Origin: a virus | Length of the DNA stretch: 64,000 nucleotides | IMG/VR virus record: IMGVR_UViG_3300050821_009856 | Span: 22,248 to 86,247 of that record | Strand: one strand, 5' to 3' | Shown: positions 10,219 to 19,096 of the stretch, one piece after another | Position numbering within the stretch: the first letter of the stretch is position 1 | Layout: every line of letters starts with the position of its first letter | Notes under the pieces: model-generated | What the model saw: only the letters and a program-made list of their open reading frames with translations | Databases searched by the model: none | What the model was told of the DNA's origin: nothing | Made by a program: the position numbers and the translations under genes

Positions 10219-11499
10219 CTTCTTGCTCCGACACGGCTTGCAGTAGGACTGGCGTTTGACGTATTTCGGACGTCCCGCGTCGTCCCTCTCCATGACTCGC
10301 ACACCGATGTCTGCCTTGGGCAACTCCAAGTGACACTTCCGGCACTCCAGGAGATCCGGCAAGCTTACAAAAAAGGTGTCGATGATGTTGGTCGGAGAGC
10401 AAGTCTGACAATCCAGGCGGTGGACCTTCAGCTCACCGCGGGCCCCAGTCCTGACTGTCTCCCGGTTGCTGTCAGCCAACATGGTGATGATGGAAATGAA
10501 TTCCGAGTGTGGGAACTTCCGCAGATCCGAACTGAACTTCATGGGGTCACAGGCCTGGCAGGTGGTCCAGTGCTGACCCAGCATCTTCCTCGCCGCGGAT
10601 CTGATATCCGATTCGTAACCGGCAATGAACTGGTGTCGGAGAGTCCTCAGCAGCTCATCGTGGTCCAGATCTTCAACCTCCGACCAGACGTCCACCTCGG
10701 ATTCGTTCTTGACGGCGCAGAGGGACATCTCTCCTCCTTCTCCGTACTGACGAACGTGGTGAATGTCCAATCCCAGGTCGATGGTCTCTTCGTCGACCAG
10801 GATGTTCGCCGCCTTCCGACGCAACAGGGGGAGCAGATCCGAGTAGAAACGCTGCTGCAAGTACGAGCAGAGCATCTTCCCGTTCTCTCCCTTCTTAGCG
10901 TTGATTTTTCGCCATCGGCCGTGAAAGTTCGTCAGGTAGATCATGGCGTACGTCTCCAGGTCCGAGACGTCGAAGGCCATGTTCTGGCAGAGCCTGAGGT
11001 TGTTCCTGTAGAACTTGTGGCAGTACCATTCCATGATTCGCCGGTAGTCATCGTCGGCGTACACGGAGGCGGGCAAGTTCGCCACCTGGCGGAACTCTCT
11101 GTGTCGGATAGCGACAAGTTCGGGGGCGTCTTCCGACTTCACGCGGTCCGGCCGGGTCGTCCCACAATCGGGATTCGGGCAGATCTTCTCGTCAGTCAGT
11201 TCCTGGTGGCAGCGCATGCACCTGCGAGCCCCGCGGTCTACCGGCTGGGGGCGCCCGTAGCCAGCTGCCTCCGTGACGGTCCAGAAGACCTTCAGGGCCT
11301 TGTCAAGTGGTGCCGTCAGGTCGTCGGCGCGGATCGCGGTCCCTGCTGTTGGCTGATCCACGACGATCTTCACGGGGATCTCTCCGACAGTCAGGTCTCG
11401 GTCAGCTGCCTGGTCCAGTCGATACGGGACCTTGACGGCGTCCAACCAGCCAACCAGAATCGTAAGTGCTCGGGACTCTTTCAACTTCATGGATCTCAT
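10114..11499 (-). CDS. candidate phage sigma factor (sigma region 2-like) with multiple Zn-binding motifs
   Basis: YRRIMEWYCHKF..FDVSDLETYAMIYL..MLCSYLQQRFYSDLLPLLRR follows the sigma70 region 2 pattern; own promoter and GGAGG before ATG 11499; two HxxxCxxC motifs plus CxxC pairs. Confidence 0.55.
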   Translation of the reverse strand: MRSMKLKESRALTILVGWLDAVKVPYRLDQAADRDLTVGEIPVKIVVDQPTAGTAIRADDLTAPLDKALKVFWTVTEAAGYGRPQPVDRGARRCMRCHQELTDEKICPNPDCGTTRPDRVKSEDAPELVAIRHREFRQVANLPASVYADDDYRRIMEWYCHKFYRNNLRLCQNMAFDVSDLETYAMIYLTNFHGRWRKINAKKGENGKMLCSYLQQRFYSDLLPLLRRKAANILVDEETIDLGLDIHHVRQYGEGGEMSLCAVKNESEVDVWSEVEDLDHDELLRTLRHQFIAGYESDIRSAARKMLGQHWTTCQACDPMKFSSDLRKFPHSEFISIITMLADSNRETVRTGARGELKVHRLDCQTCSPTNIIDTFFVSLPDLLECRKCHLELPKADIGVRVMERDDAGRPKYVKRQSYCKPCRSKKSSPTGDATRVQVNENHPGADRLGTQPGTASSLQV

Positions 11500-11556
11500 C
11501 GGGCCTCCGCCGCTATCGTGTCGTTGCAGGTGGTTACGGTGCTCATCTTCCAACAG

Positions 11557-11586
11557 ACTGTAAGGAGTTCCAGCACCGGCTGTCAA
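11557..11586 (-). promoter_or_regulatory. sigma70-type promoter for the antisense sigma-like gene
   Basis: TTGACA-18 nt-TACAGT on the minus strand. Confidence 0.7.
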
Positions 11587-11641
11587 GTCGTGTGTCGGTG
11601 TAAGTTCAGCAACTACAGTCGTTTGAGGGGTCGTCAAGCCG

Positions 11642-13156
11642 ATGGACAGTAGCGCTGCGGAAGAGGCCGAACGGCGAGCCGTTGAGCCGAAAGTAGGGGA
11701 TCAGCTCCCCTTCAGCCCCGCCAAGCAAGATGCCGTACTTGGCCATCTCCTGATGAACAGGACGTTTTTCCTGACTTGCAAGGACAGAATTAAGCCTAGC
11801 TGGTTTGCTGAGGGGCTGTCTCAACGCGTTTGGACTGCCGCCCTGGACTATTACCAGCAATTCCAGCTGATTCCGAGAGCGGACACCGATCTGCTCCAGC
11901 ATAACCTGATCCAGAGAGAACGCCAGGACCTTCGTAACGCCGTCGAGGCCAAAATCAAAGGGGCCATGCACCAGGCCACCCTCTACCACCTGAAGGCCAT
12001 CGAGACCGAGCTAACGGATTGGCTCCGGGCCCGGCTGTACTTCGAGGGGGTCAACAAGAGCGCCGAGACCTGGAACCGCGGCCAGCTCGTGACCGCCTAC
12101 GATATCCTCGGTAAGGCCTACCGAGAAATCCAGGGTACGGTATTCCATCCGGACACCGCAGCCAGCTTCAAGGACCTGAAAGCGCTGACCAACAAGGTCC
12201 AACTGGATATTCAGAACGCCCTGACCTTTGGATCGACCATTGTCGACAAGCTCATCCTGAAGAACGCTGTCTCTGGCGGTCTTCTGCCCGGCGGCACAAC
12301 CATCCTGGTAGCACCGACCGACATCGGCAAGACAACCACGCTCATGACCATCGCTTGCGCGAACATGAAGCTCGGGAAGTCCGTACTGTTCATCGCCCAC
12401 GAGGGCATCGAAGCGCAGCTGCAGCTGAAGTTCCTTTGCTGCATGTTGGGGGAGACCCTCGATTGGTTTTTGTCGAATCTCTCGAATCCGGATCCGAGCA
12501 TTCAGAGGCGTATCACCAGGGCCCAGGTCATCCTCGATAACAAGCTGACGTTCATCCACTACGTCAAGGCAGGGATGACTGTCGAGCAGGTAATGGCCAT
12601 CATCCGACGGCGCCAGGAAGAGCGCCTGGTAACCACTGGCCATGGGTACGACCTACTGGTCGACGACTACGCTGCGAAGCTTACCACTGAGGAAGCAAAG
12701 CACGGGAAGCTTGAGAAGCGGCAACGCGACGAAATCGTGTACCGCCAGTTCATCGATATTGCCCTTGAGTTCGAGTTCCATCATCTGGGTGCCATCCAGA
12801 CAAATCGCGAGGGCTCTAAAATCAACCGCGGCTTCAAAGGCTATGAGGACCGACTCTTGGAGATGGAGGACGTGAGCGAGAGCATGTCGGTGATGAACGA
12901 CGCTCACTGTGTAATCACCATTAACCGGCCGCCGATTGCCATGGCCCAAGAGTGGGTTACCTATCACATCTCCAAGTCGAAGTTTGGTTCGACCGGTTGG
13001 GCAATTATCTGCAGATCGAACTTCGGTTGCGGTGTCTCCCACAGCAATGACCTTGGGGGCATCTGGTATCGGGGTAGTAGCAGTGGCTCGGAGCGGATCG
13101 ACCAGCTCCTGACGGCCTATAACAACCAACAGCTGCCAGCTACCGAGAAACTCTAG
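11642..13156 (+). CDS. replicative DNA helicase (DnaB/T4 gp41-like)
   Basis: Walker A APTDIGKT, FIAHE, Walker B LLVDDY, QTNR, SES, KSKFG. Confidence 0.9.
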   Translation: MDSSAAEEAERRAVEPKVGDQLPFSPAKQDAVLGHLLMNRTFFLTCKDRIKPSWFAEGLSQRVWTAALDYYQQFQLIPRADTDLLQHNLIQRERQDLRNAVEAKIKGAMHQATLYHLKAIETELTDWLRARLYFEGVNKSAETWNRGQLVTAYDILGKAYREIQGTVFHPDTAASFKDLKALTNKVQLDIQNALTFGSTIVDKLILKNAVSGGLLPGGTTILVAPTDIGKTTTLMTIACANMKLGKSVLFIAHEGIEAQLQLKFLCCMLGETLDWFLSNLSNPDPSIQRRITRAQVILDNKLTFIHYVKAGMTVEQVMAIIRRRQEERLVTTGHGYDLLVDDYAAKLTTEEAKHGKLEKRQRDEIVYRQFIDIALEFEFHHLGAIQTNREGSKINRGFKGYEDRLLEMEDVSESMSVMNDAHCVITINRPPIAMAQEWVTYHISKSKFGSTGWAIICRSNFGCGVSHSNDLGGIWYRGSSSGSERIDQLLTAYNNQQLPATEKL

Positions 13157-13170
13157 GCTATTATCCTCGC

Positions 13171-13773
13171 ATGGGCAAACCCACCGAGAAAGAGTTGAGG
13201 CAGCAGGCCGACCAAGCAGACTCCCTTGTAGCTGCTGTCGGCAACGCCCAGAACCTGAGATTCGAGCCACTCAGTAGGACCATCTTCCTCTGGTCTGACA
13301 TTGAAAACGAGGCGGCCTGTCAGTTCGGCGTGACACTGATGGTTGTGGATCAGACGCTGGGCCCAATCAGACTCGTGATGAATAGCTGTGGCGGCCACTC
13401 CGAGGCAGGTCTGGCCATCTACGATGCCATCAAGACGGCCAAGAACCGCGTGGACATCGACGTCTATGGGGCCTGCGAGAGTATCGCCGCAATTATTCTG
13501 CAGGCCGGGCAGCGTCGACGGTTGTCGCGAAACACCGAGTTCATGGTGCATGACGGTTCCATTCAAATGGACGGCTGGGAATCTGCCAGGGACCTAGCCA
13601 TCTGCAGCAAGCAGCTCGGCAACGTGAATCGACAGATGCACAAGCTCCTGGCCAGTCGATCGAAAATGTCCGAGGCCGCGATTAGGAATCGATGCCGCAA
13701 TGACTTCTATTTGACGGCCGATCAGGCGGTCCGGCTCGGCTTCGCCGACGAAATCATCAAGGAGACCAGATGA
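13171..13773 (+). CDS. ClpP-like protease
   Basis: NSCGG, GLAIYDAIK, CESIAA (Ser), FMVHDG (His), DFYLTADQAVRLGFADEI. Confidence 0.9.
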   Translation: MGKPTEKELRQQADQADSLVAAVGNAQNLRFEPLSRTIFLWSDIENEAACQFGVTLMVVDQTLGPIRLVMNSCGGHSEAGLAIYDAIKTAKNRVDIDVYGACESIAAIILQAGQRRRLSRNTEFMVHDGSIQMDGWESARDLAICSKQLGNVNRQMHKLLASRSKMSEAAIRNRCRNDFYLTADQAVRLGFADEIIKETR

Positions 13774-14612
13774 ACATCGACCTTAAACCTGTCGGAGATG
13801 CTGCGCTGCAGCTGCTTCTGAAGCATGTTCGAACGGTCCTGACTGTTCTGGCGTTCGCCGTCCTTGCGCTCGTCGCGACCGTAAAGATTCACGGGCTGCA
13901 GAGCCAGGTCACCCTGGCCCAGAATCAGGCCGCCCTTGCATCTAAGACGGTAGAGGAAGACAAGGGAGTCTTTGAACGCCAGGTCCAGGCCGACAAGTCA
14001 GCTCTGCAATCTATGCTCAAGGGATCGGATCAGCAGCTCCAGGAACTCAGGGGTCTGCTGAAGCAGAAGAGTGAGCAGCTGGACAACGCCACCACTGTGT
14101 CGGTTCAGCTTCGGAAGGCTCTTCAGGCTCAGACCACGGCCGTACAGACGCAGCAGCAGCCTCCTGCAGCCGGAGGCGGTCCGTCTGCTACTTCTCGGGT
14201 TCGAGTGGACTTCGACCACGACTTCGGCTGGCTCCGCGTGACCGGCTACACGTTGACGGATCCGGCATACGGATTTCTGACCATTAATAACGGCAGCCGC
14301 CCCCTGAAGCTGACAGTTGCTCTCAGCAAGGACAGGCAGAACGCCTGGCACGCCTACGTGACGTCGTCGGATGTCGCCATCAGCGCCGATGTACTGATTG
14401 CCGCGGTTGACCCGTCGATTCGTGACGTGAAGTGGTACGAGCGTCTAGGCGTTATGGGCAACGTAGGGGTCGGTGATGGGTTGCTCGTTGGTGCAGGGCT
14501 GACTCTAGATATTGGCCGCTTTACTGTCGGCCCGGCGGTCTGGTTGAGCGTCAATTCCCAGGTCAGCAAGTACTACGGTATCGCCGCGGTCTGGCGGCCG
14601 TTCGCTCGATGA
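13770..14612 (+). CDS. membrane-anchored coiled-coil protein with C-terminal beta strands
   Basis: N-terminal hydrophobic helix, Gln-rich coiled coil, Gly/aromatic amphipathic C-terminal strands. Confidence 0.7.
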   Translation: MNIDLKPVGDAALQLLLKHVRTVLTVLAFAVLALVATVKIHGLQSQVTLAQNQAALASKTVEEDKGVFERQVQADKSALQSMLKGSDQQLQELRGLLKQKSEQLDNATTVSVQLRKALQAQTTAVQTQQQPPAAGGGPSATSRVRVDFDHDFGWLRVTGYTLTDPAYGFLTINNGSRPLKLTVALSKDRQNAWHAYVTSSDVAISADVLIAAVDPSIRDVKWYERLGVMGNVGVGDGLLVGAGLTLDIGRFTVGPAVWLSVNSQVSKYYGIAAVWRPFAR

Positions 14613-15682
14613 CTGCAGATCCCGACAAGTTTCTGGTCCGGGGCGCCGGGCCAGAGGGAACCTACAACTTAGCGGTTGGAGAACCGGTCTTTCTCCGGAA
14701 GCATCTAGTGGTTCCTCAGAACCTCCTGGTCTCAAACATCGGGGGATCTGACTACCCACCCTACAAGGGGCTCCCACGGCTCCTGGAGGAGCTTGGGTGG
14801 ATGTACCCAGGCAAGCACGTGGTAGTGACGACCGGGGCCAAGCAAGCCCTCCTGGCGGCCTTCTATGCGTATCGGCAGCGCTTCGGGAAACAGGCCGTTT
14901 ACCACGAGGCTCCGTGCTGGCCCTCTTACCCCACGTTGGCGAAGTTGTCGGGCCTGAGCTTTCAGTCGGATCGTATGTCCCTCCTCTGCTTGACGGATGA
15001 GTTCTTCGCTCGTCGATACATCAGCGTCAAGACGGCCCCTAACAATCCCGATGGACGTGTCGCAGACCGGTTGGATTTGAAGCACTACGACATCTGGGAT
15101 GCGGCATATGCCCACCCAGTTTACGGATGGAATCCGGCAGATCTCCCGAGCCATACTGTATCGGTCTGGTCTGCTGCCAAGTTGCTTGGGTTTAGTGGTG
15201 ACCGAATCGGCTGGCTGGTGACTGGAGACAAGGAGCTAGCGGATCTCGCCGCAGACTACATCGAGAAGACGACTTCGGGGGTCAATACCAAGAGTCAGGC
15301 CATCATTGCAGCGGTACTCGGCTATATCAGGTGCTTTCCCGAAGAAGGTCGGAAGATGTACGAGGCTGCCCGCAACGATCTGCTGCACAACTTCATGCGG
15401 TTCATCCAAACGTTCGGGCCGAGCGTCAGGAATGCAAAAGACTACTCTGGAATGTTCGGTTGGTTCGACCTGCCTTACGACGTGGGGGTCCGCCAGGAAG
15501 AGTTCGATGCCCTCCTTCGAGAGGCCAGGGTGATGCTGGTGCCGGCGTCAGCCTGCGGCGTTCTAGATAAGCCTGGCAGATATCGGATTTCTCTCGGCCA
15601 CCGCGTGGAAGTGGTTGATGCGGCGCTACAATCCATCTCTGAAGCCCTTTGGAGGCGTCGTGGACCGCTATTCGGAACTTGA
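14609..15682 (+). CDS. PLP-dependent aminotransferase class I/II
   Basis: TTGAKQAL, PNNPDG, WDAAY, SAAKLLGFSGDRIGW (PLP lysine), YRISL. Confidence 0.92.
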   Translation: MTADPDKFLVRGAGPEGTYNLAVGEPVFLRKHLVVPQNLLVSNIGGSDYPPYKGLPRLLEELGWMYPGKHVVVTTGAKQALLAAFYAYRQRFGKQAVYHEAPCWPSYPTLAKLSGLSFQSDRMSLLCLTDEFFARRYISVKTAPNNPDGRVADRLDLKHYDIWDAAYAHPVYGWNPADLPSHTVSVWSAAKLLGFSGDRIGWLVTGDKELADLAADYIEKTTSGVNTKSQAIIAAVLGYIRCFPEEGRKMYEAARNDLLHNFMRFIQTFGPSVRNAKDYSGMFGWFDLPYDVGVRQEEFDALLREARVMLVPASACGVLDKPGRYRISLGHRVEVVDAALQSISEALWRRRGPLFGT

Positions 15683-16292
15683 AGCAAAGTACAGCGCAAA
15701 CCAGTTGCCCTTCAGTCGCTTCCGAACTGAGATGGACAAGCTGACTTCACTGAAGCAGCCCCACGTTGTCGTCGGATGGGACACTTTCTACGCCAACCCG
15801 GAGACCGGCCTGGTTCTCAGATTCCGGCGAGCAAAGTCCGAGGGCAACGATCACCCCGTCCTGACCTACAAGTACAGGAAGTCCGTTGGGGCCGACAGTG
15901 TCGATCGCCATGAGGTCGATTTGTTCTTGGAGAACAACGACAAGGTTGAAGAGGACACTGACGCCCTCTTGACAATGGCTCTGGGCTGCAAGAAGCATTT
16001 CTCCATTCTGAAGGAGAGCTGCATCTATCACATCGAGGGGGCGGGGCACACAGCCGTCATCGCCCTGTACGATGTCATGGTGCCGGGCAACAATTACGTA
16101 GAGCGCTTTCTTGAGGTAGAGATCGACAAGGATAGCCCATGTACGCCTGAAGAAGGCGCCGCAGCCTTGGCCGCATGGCAAGAGGCCGTTGAATCCCAGT
16201 TCGACCTCCAAAGGCCACTGGGCCAGTCGCTATATGAGCTACTGGGTCGTAACTACGGAGATCCTGAACTTTTCATCAAGGGAACTTTCTGA
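15660..16292 (+). CDS. CYTH-domain protein (class IV adenylate cyclase / triphosphatase fold)
   Basis: N-terminal ELEAK (ExExK), LRFR, LTYK, RHE, FLEVE; GGAGG before GTG 15660. Confidence 0.8.
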   Translation: MDRYSELEAKYSANQLPFSRFRTEMDKLTSLKQPHVVVGWDTFYANPETGLVLRFRRAKSEGNDHPVLTYKYRKSVGADSVDRHEVDLFLENNDKVEEDTDALLTMALGCKKHFSILKESCIYHIEGAGHTAVIALYDVMVPGNNYVERFLEVEIDKDSPCTPEEGAAALAAWQEAVESQFDLQRPLGQSLYELLGRNYGDPELFIKGTF

Positions 16293-16483
16293 TGCCACTC
16301 ACCGAAGAGCAGTTTGCCGAGATCCTGGACGAAGTCATCGACGAGACTCTGGACCTGAAGAAGCAGGACCGAGTCCGATTCAACAACGCCCTCCTGGAGC
16401 GGCTCGGGGAGGAAGATGTCTTCCCTGAAGAGGATGAGGACGAGGGTCTCACTGAAGAGCAGATCGATGCGGAGGAAGAGTGA
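16292..16483 (+). CDS. small highly acidic protein
   Basis: overlapping start/stop codons on both sides; Glu/Asp-rich. Confidence 0.7.
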   Translation: MPLTEEQFAEILDEVIDETLDLKKQDRVRFNNALLERLGEEDVFPEEDEDEGLTEEQIDAEEE

Positions 16484-17322
16484 TGAAGGCCCTAGTCTTG
16501 AGTGGTGGCGGATCTAAGGGGGCCTATGAGGCCGGCGTCGTCAAGTACCTCATGGACTTCGAGGGCCGACGATATGACCTCTTTGCTGGAGTCAGTGTTG
16601 GGGCCCTGAACGCTGCCTTCTTGGCTCAGTACGGAGACGTTTCACCGCTTAGCGTCCATTCTCAGCAATACGCCGCCGAGGACTTGGTGAACCTCTGGAA
16701 GAGCCTCGACAACTCGAATGTCTTCAAGAATTGGTTTCCGCCCTATGTCTCTGCGCTCTGGAGGCCGTCGGTCTTCGATAGTTCGCCGCTCCAGAAGCTC
16801 GTCCGTAGCATCCTGAAGAAACCAGGCCCGAATAAGAAGCTCCGAGTTGGAGCGACTGGCCTGGACACGGGTACCTTCCGAGTCTTCGACGAGACCTACC
16901 CAGATGTCGCTACTGCGGTGCTCGCTAGTTCGGCATTCCCCGGCATGCTGCTGCCCGTGGAGATCGAGGGGCAGCTCTACACCGATGGCGGTGTCTGCAA
17001 CAACACACCGCTCCGACAGGCCATCTCGGCAGGAGCCACGGAGATCGACGTTATTCTTTGCTCGCCCTTGGACGACCCGTCCACGTCCTTCCAGGCCAAG
17101 ACGACCGCAGTGAATGTTGGCTTCCGGGCCATCAGCCTCTTGACCGACCAGGTTCAGCGGGACAGCCTGGTCGACTGTATGGTCAATCGGACAGATCTGA
17201 AGATTCGGCTCATCAAGCCTTCGGCTGTGCTGACCAGTAATCCGTTGGACTTCTCCCCATCGCTGATTGCGTCGATGCTCAAGCAAGGCTATGCTGACGC
17301 CGAAAAGGGGCTATCCAAATGA
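16480..17322 (+). CDS. patatin-like phospholipase
   Basis: GGGSKG, GVSVG nucleophile, ASSAFP, DGG. Confidence 0.93.
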   Translation: MMKALVLSGGGSKGAYEAGVVKYLMDFEGRRYDLFAGVSVGALNAAFLAQYGDVSPLSVHSQQYAAEDLVNLWKSLDNSNVFKNWFPPYVSALWRPSVFDSSPLQKLVRSILKKPGPNKKLRVGATGLDTGTFRVFDETYPDVATAVLASSAFPGMLLPVEIEGQLYTDGGVCNNTPLRQAISAGATEIDVILCSPLDDPSTSFQAKTTAVNVGFRAISLLTDQVQRDSLVDCMVNRTDLKIRLIKPSAVLTSNPLDFSPSLIASMLKQGYADAEKGLSK

Positions 17323-17942
17323 CCACCTGGTTTACCTCGGACCTTCATTTCAACCACGTCAACATCATGCTGCCGTCGTACACGCGGCGGGAAGAGACGT
17401 TCCCAGACCTTCAGGCCATGAACGAGGGGCTGGTTCAGCGCTGGAACGAACGGGTCAAGCCAGATGACGACGTGTACCTCATTGGCGACTTGGCGATGGG
17501 GAAGAAGGCTGAGGCCTTGCCCTACCTGAATCGCCTCGTCGGCCACAAGCACCTCATCTTCGGAAACCACGACTACAAAGACCACAAGTGCACCGCCGTG
17601 CACCCGGCCATCCTTCAGGCCTATAAGGAGGGGGTGCTTGAGACCACCGTAGAGAGCCTACCGGTTCTTGAGAATGGGAAGCGACTCTTCCTCCACCATG
17701 AGCCCTGCTCGGTGCCAGAGACCTTCGACTATGTATTCTGCGGCCATGTTCACGAGTCGTTCACCCGCGCTCGTTGGGATGCCGAGAGGCTGAACACCGA
17801 GACGGGCAAGCCCGGTGTTGCGGTCGCGGATCCAGATGGCAATATCATCAACGTCGGTGTGGACGTGAGCGACTACAAGCCGATGACGCTTGAAGAGCTT
17901 CTGGCTCGGCCTTTCTACGAGGGGCCGAAGCACAGGATCTAG
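17319..17942 (+). CDS. calcineurin-like metallophosphoesterase
   Basis: SDLH, GD, GNHD, HEP, GHVH, NVGVD. Confidence 0.92.
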   Translation: MTTWFTSDLHFNHVNIMLPSYTRREETFPDLQAMNEGLVQRWNERVKPDDDVYLIGDLAMGKKAEALPYLNRLVGHKHLIFGNHDYKDHKCTAVHPAILQAYKEGVLETTVESLPVLENGKRLFLHHEPCSVPETFDYVFCGHVHESFTRARWDAERLNTETGKPGVAVADPDGNIINVGVDVSDYKPMTLEELLARPFYEGPKHRI

Positions 17943-17950
17943 AATGTTAT

Positions 17951-18024
17951 TCCAGGGTGCCAGAGTCTGGTAATGGGCGTGACTGTTAATCACGAAGCCG
18001 GTGGTTCGAATCCACCCCCTGGAG
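17951..18024 (+). tRNA. tRNA-Asn (GUU), CCA not encoded
   Basis: acceptor TCCAGGG/CCCTGGA; anticodon stem CGTGA/TCACG with loop CTGTTAA; T arm GGTGG-TTCGAAT-CCACC; discriminator G. Confidence 0.93.
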
Positions 18025-18446
18025 TTGTAAGGGATAATCCTAAGGCGGTTGGCGAGCGGTCAGAAGCAGCCATTCTGGCTGAACTTTTATTTCGTGGTTA
18101 CACCGTATTGACCCCATTTGGGGATAACCAACGATACGACTTGGTCGTCGACTTGAGGACGAAGTTCCTTAAAATCCAATGTAAGACCGGTAGGATTAAG
18201 GCGGGGGCAATCATATTCCCCACCTCTTCGTCTCAGGCTCATCGTGGCAAGGGGCGCCAGAGTTATCGAGGACAGATCGATCTCTTTGCTGTTTATTGTC
18301 CAGAAAATCGCCGGGTATACGTGGTTCCCGTAGACGATGTCGGCACTTGCGAGGGATCACTTCGAATCGAGGCTACAAAGAATAATCAGACGATCGGATG
18401 TCGAATGGCCGCTGACTATGATCTGCAGTCGCTGGTGTTAGTCTAA
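17973..18446 (+). CDS. PD-(D/E)XK endonuclease of the group I intron-associated type (I-Ssp6803I-like), free-standing; start uncertain
   Basis: KAVGERSE..GY.V..PFGDNQRYDLVVD..KIQCKT..Y...IDLFAVY; visibly AT-richer than flanks. Confidence 0.8.
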   Translation: MGVTVNHEAGGSNPPPGVVRDNPKAVGERSEAAILAELLFRGYTVLTPFGDNQRYDLVVDLRTKFLKIQCKTGRIKAGAIIFPTSSSQAHRGKGRQSYRGQIDLFAVYCPENRRVYVVPVDDVGTCEGSLRIEATKNNQTIGCRMAADYDLQSLVLV

Positions 18447-19096
18447 TGCCAGCAACACTTCACACCGAGGCGATGGCTTGGCTTAGATACGGCAAGCACA
18501 TGCCACTTGTCTGCACCGAGGCGGGCTACTGGAGTGCGGATGTCCTTGGCATCGATGACACCAAATGTGTGGAAGTAGAAATCAAAAAGAGCATAGCAGA
18601 TCTCCGAGCCGACTTCAGGCGGAAAACAAGGAAGCACGAGACATACGCTAACCTGAAAGCCGACGGTCGAGCCATTTGGTCGCCGAACTACTTCTGGATC
18701 TTCGTGCCTGCCAGTATTGGTCGTCAGGCTCTTACTGTCTTGGACGAACTCGACGCCAAGCACGCTGGCCTTGCCGTCTTGGAGGCAGAGACGACGCGTC
18801 CAGGCCACGCCGGTCGCTGGGTGACCATCCTCCGGCGAGCGCCGCGGCTGCACGGCAACAAGCCCCATCCCAAGCTTGTTCGGGCGATCCAGCTTCGAAT
18901 GGGCTCAGAACTGACGACGCTACGGTTGAACCTGGAGCTGCTCAAGCATGCCAAGCCAGAACAAGTAGACGCTATCGTCCAGAGTGCGTTGGAGATCTCG
19001 AAGTCATTAGTCGAGACTCAGGACTGGGAGAAAGACAGTGAATGCGGACAAGAAGCTTCTGAGACTGCTGGGCCAAGCCCTGATGCTCCTCGATAG
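18446..19096 (+). CDS. MmcB-like PD-(D/E)XK protein
   Basis: ADVLG..EVEIKKSIADLRADFRRK..NYFWIFVP. Confidence 0.6.
   Translation: MPATLHTEAMAWLRYGKHMPLVCTEAGYWSADVLGIDDTKCVEVEIKKSIADLRADFRRKTRKHETYANLKADGRAIWSPNYFWIFVPASIGRQALTVLDELDAKHAGLAVLEAETTRPGHAGRWVTILRRAPRLHGNKPHPKLVRAIQLRMGSELTTLRLNLELLKHAKPEQVDAIVQSALEISKSLVETQDWEKDSECGQEASETAGPSPDAPR

Noticed and set aside
10330-11652. 440-aa + strand ORF between primase and helicase
   Set aside because: Antisense shadow of the minus-strand sigma-like gene; atypical V/R/G/H composition, no motifs, and the promoter and RBS support the minus strand.
17951-18446. Group I intron in the tRNA
   Set aside because: The tRNA is uninterrupted and the endonuclease lies downstream, with no room for a ribozyme core.
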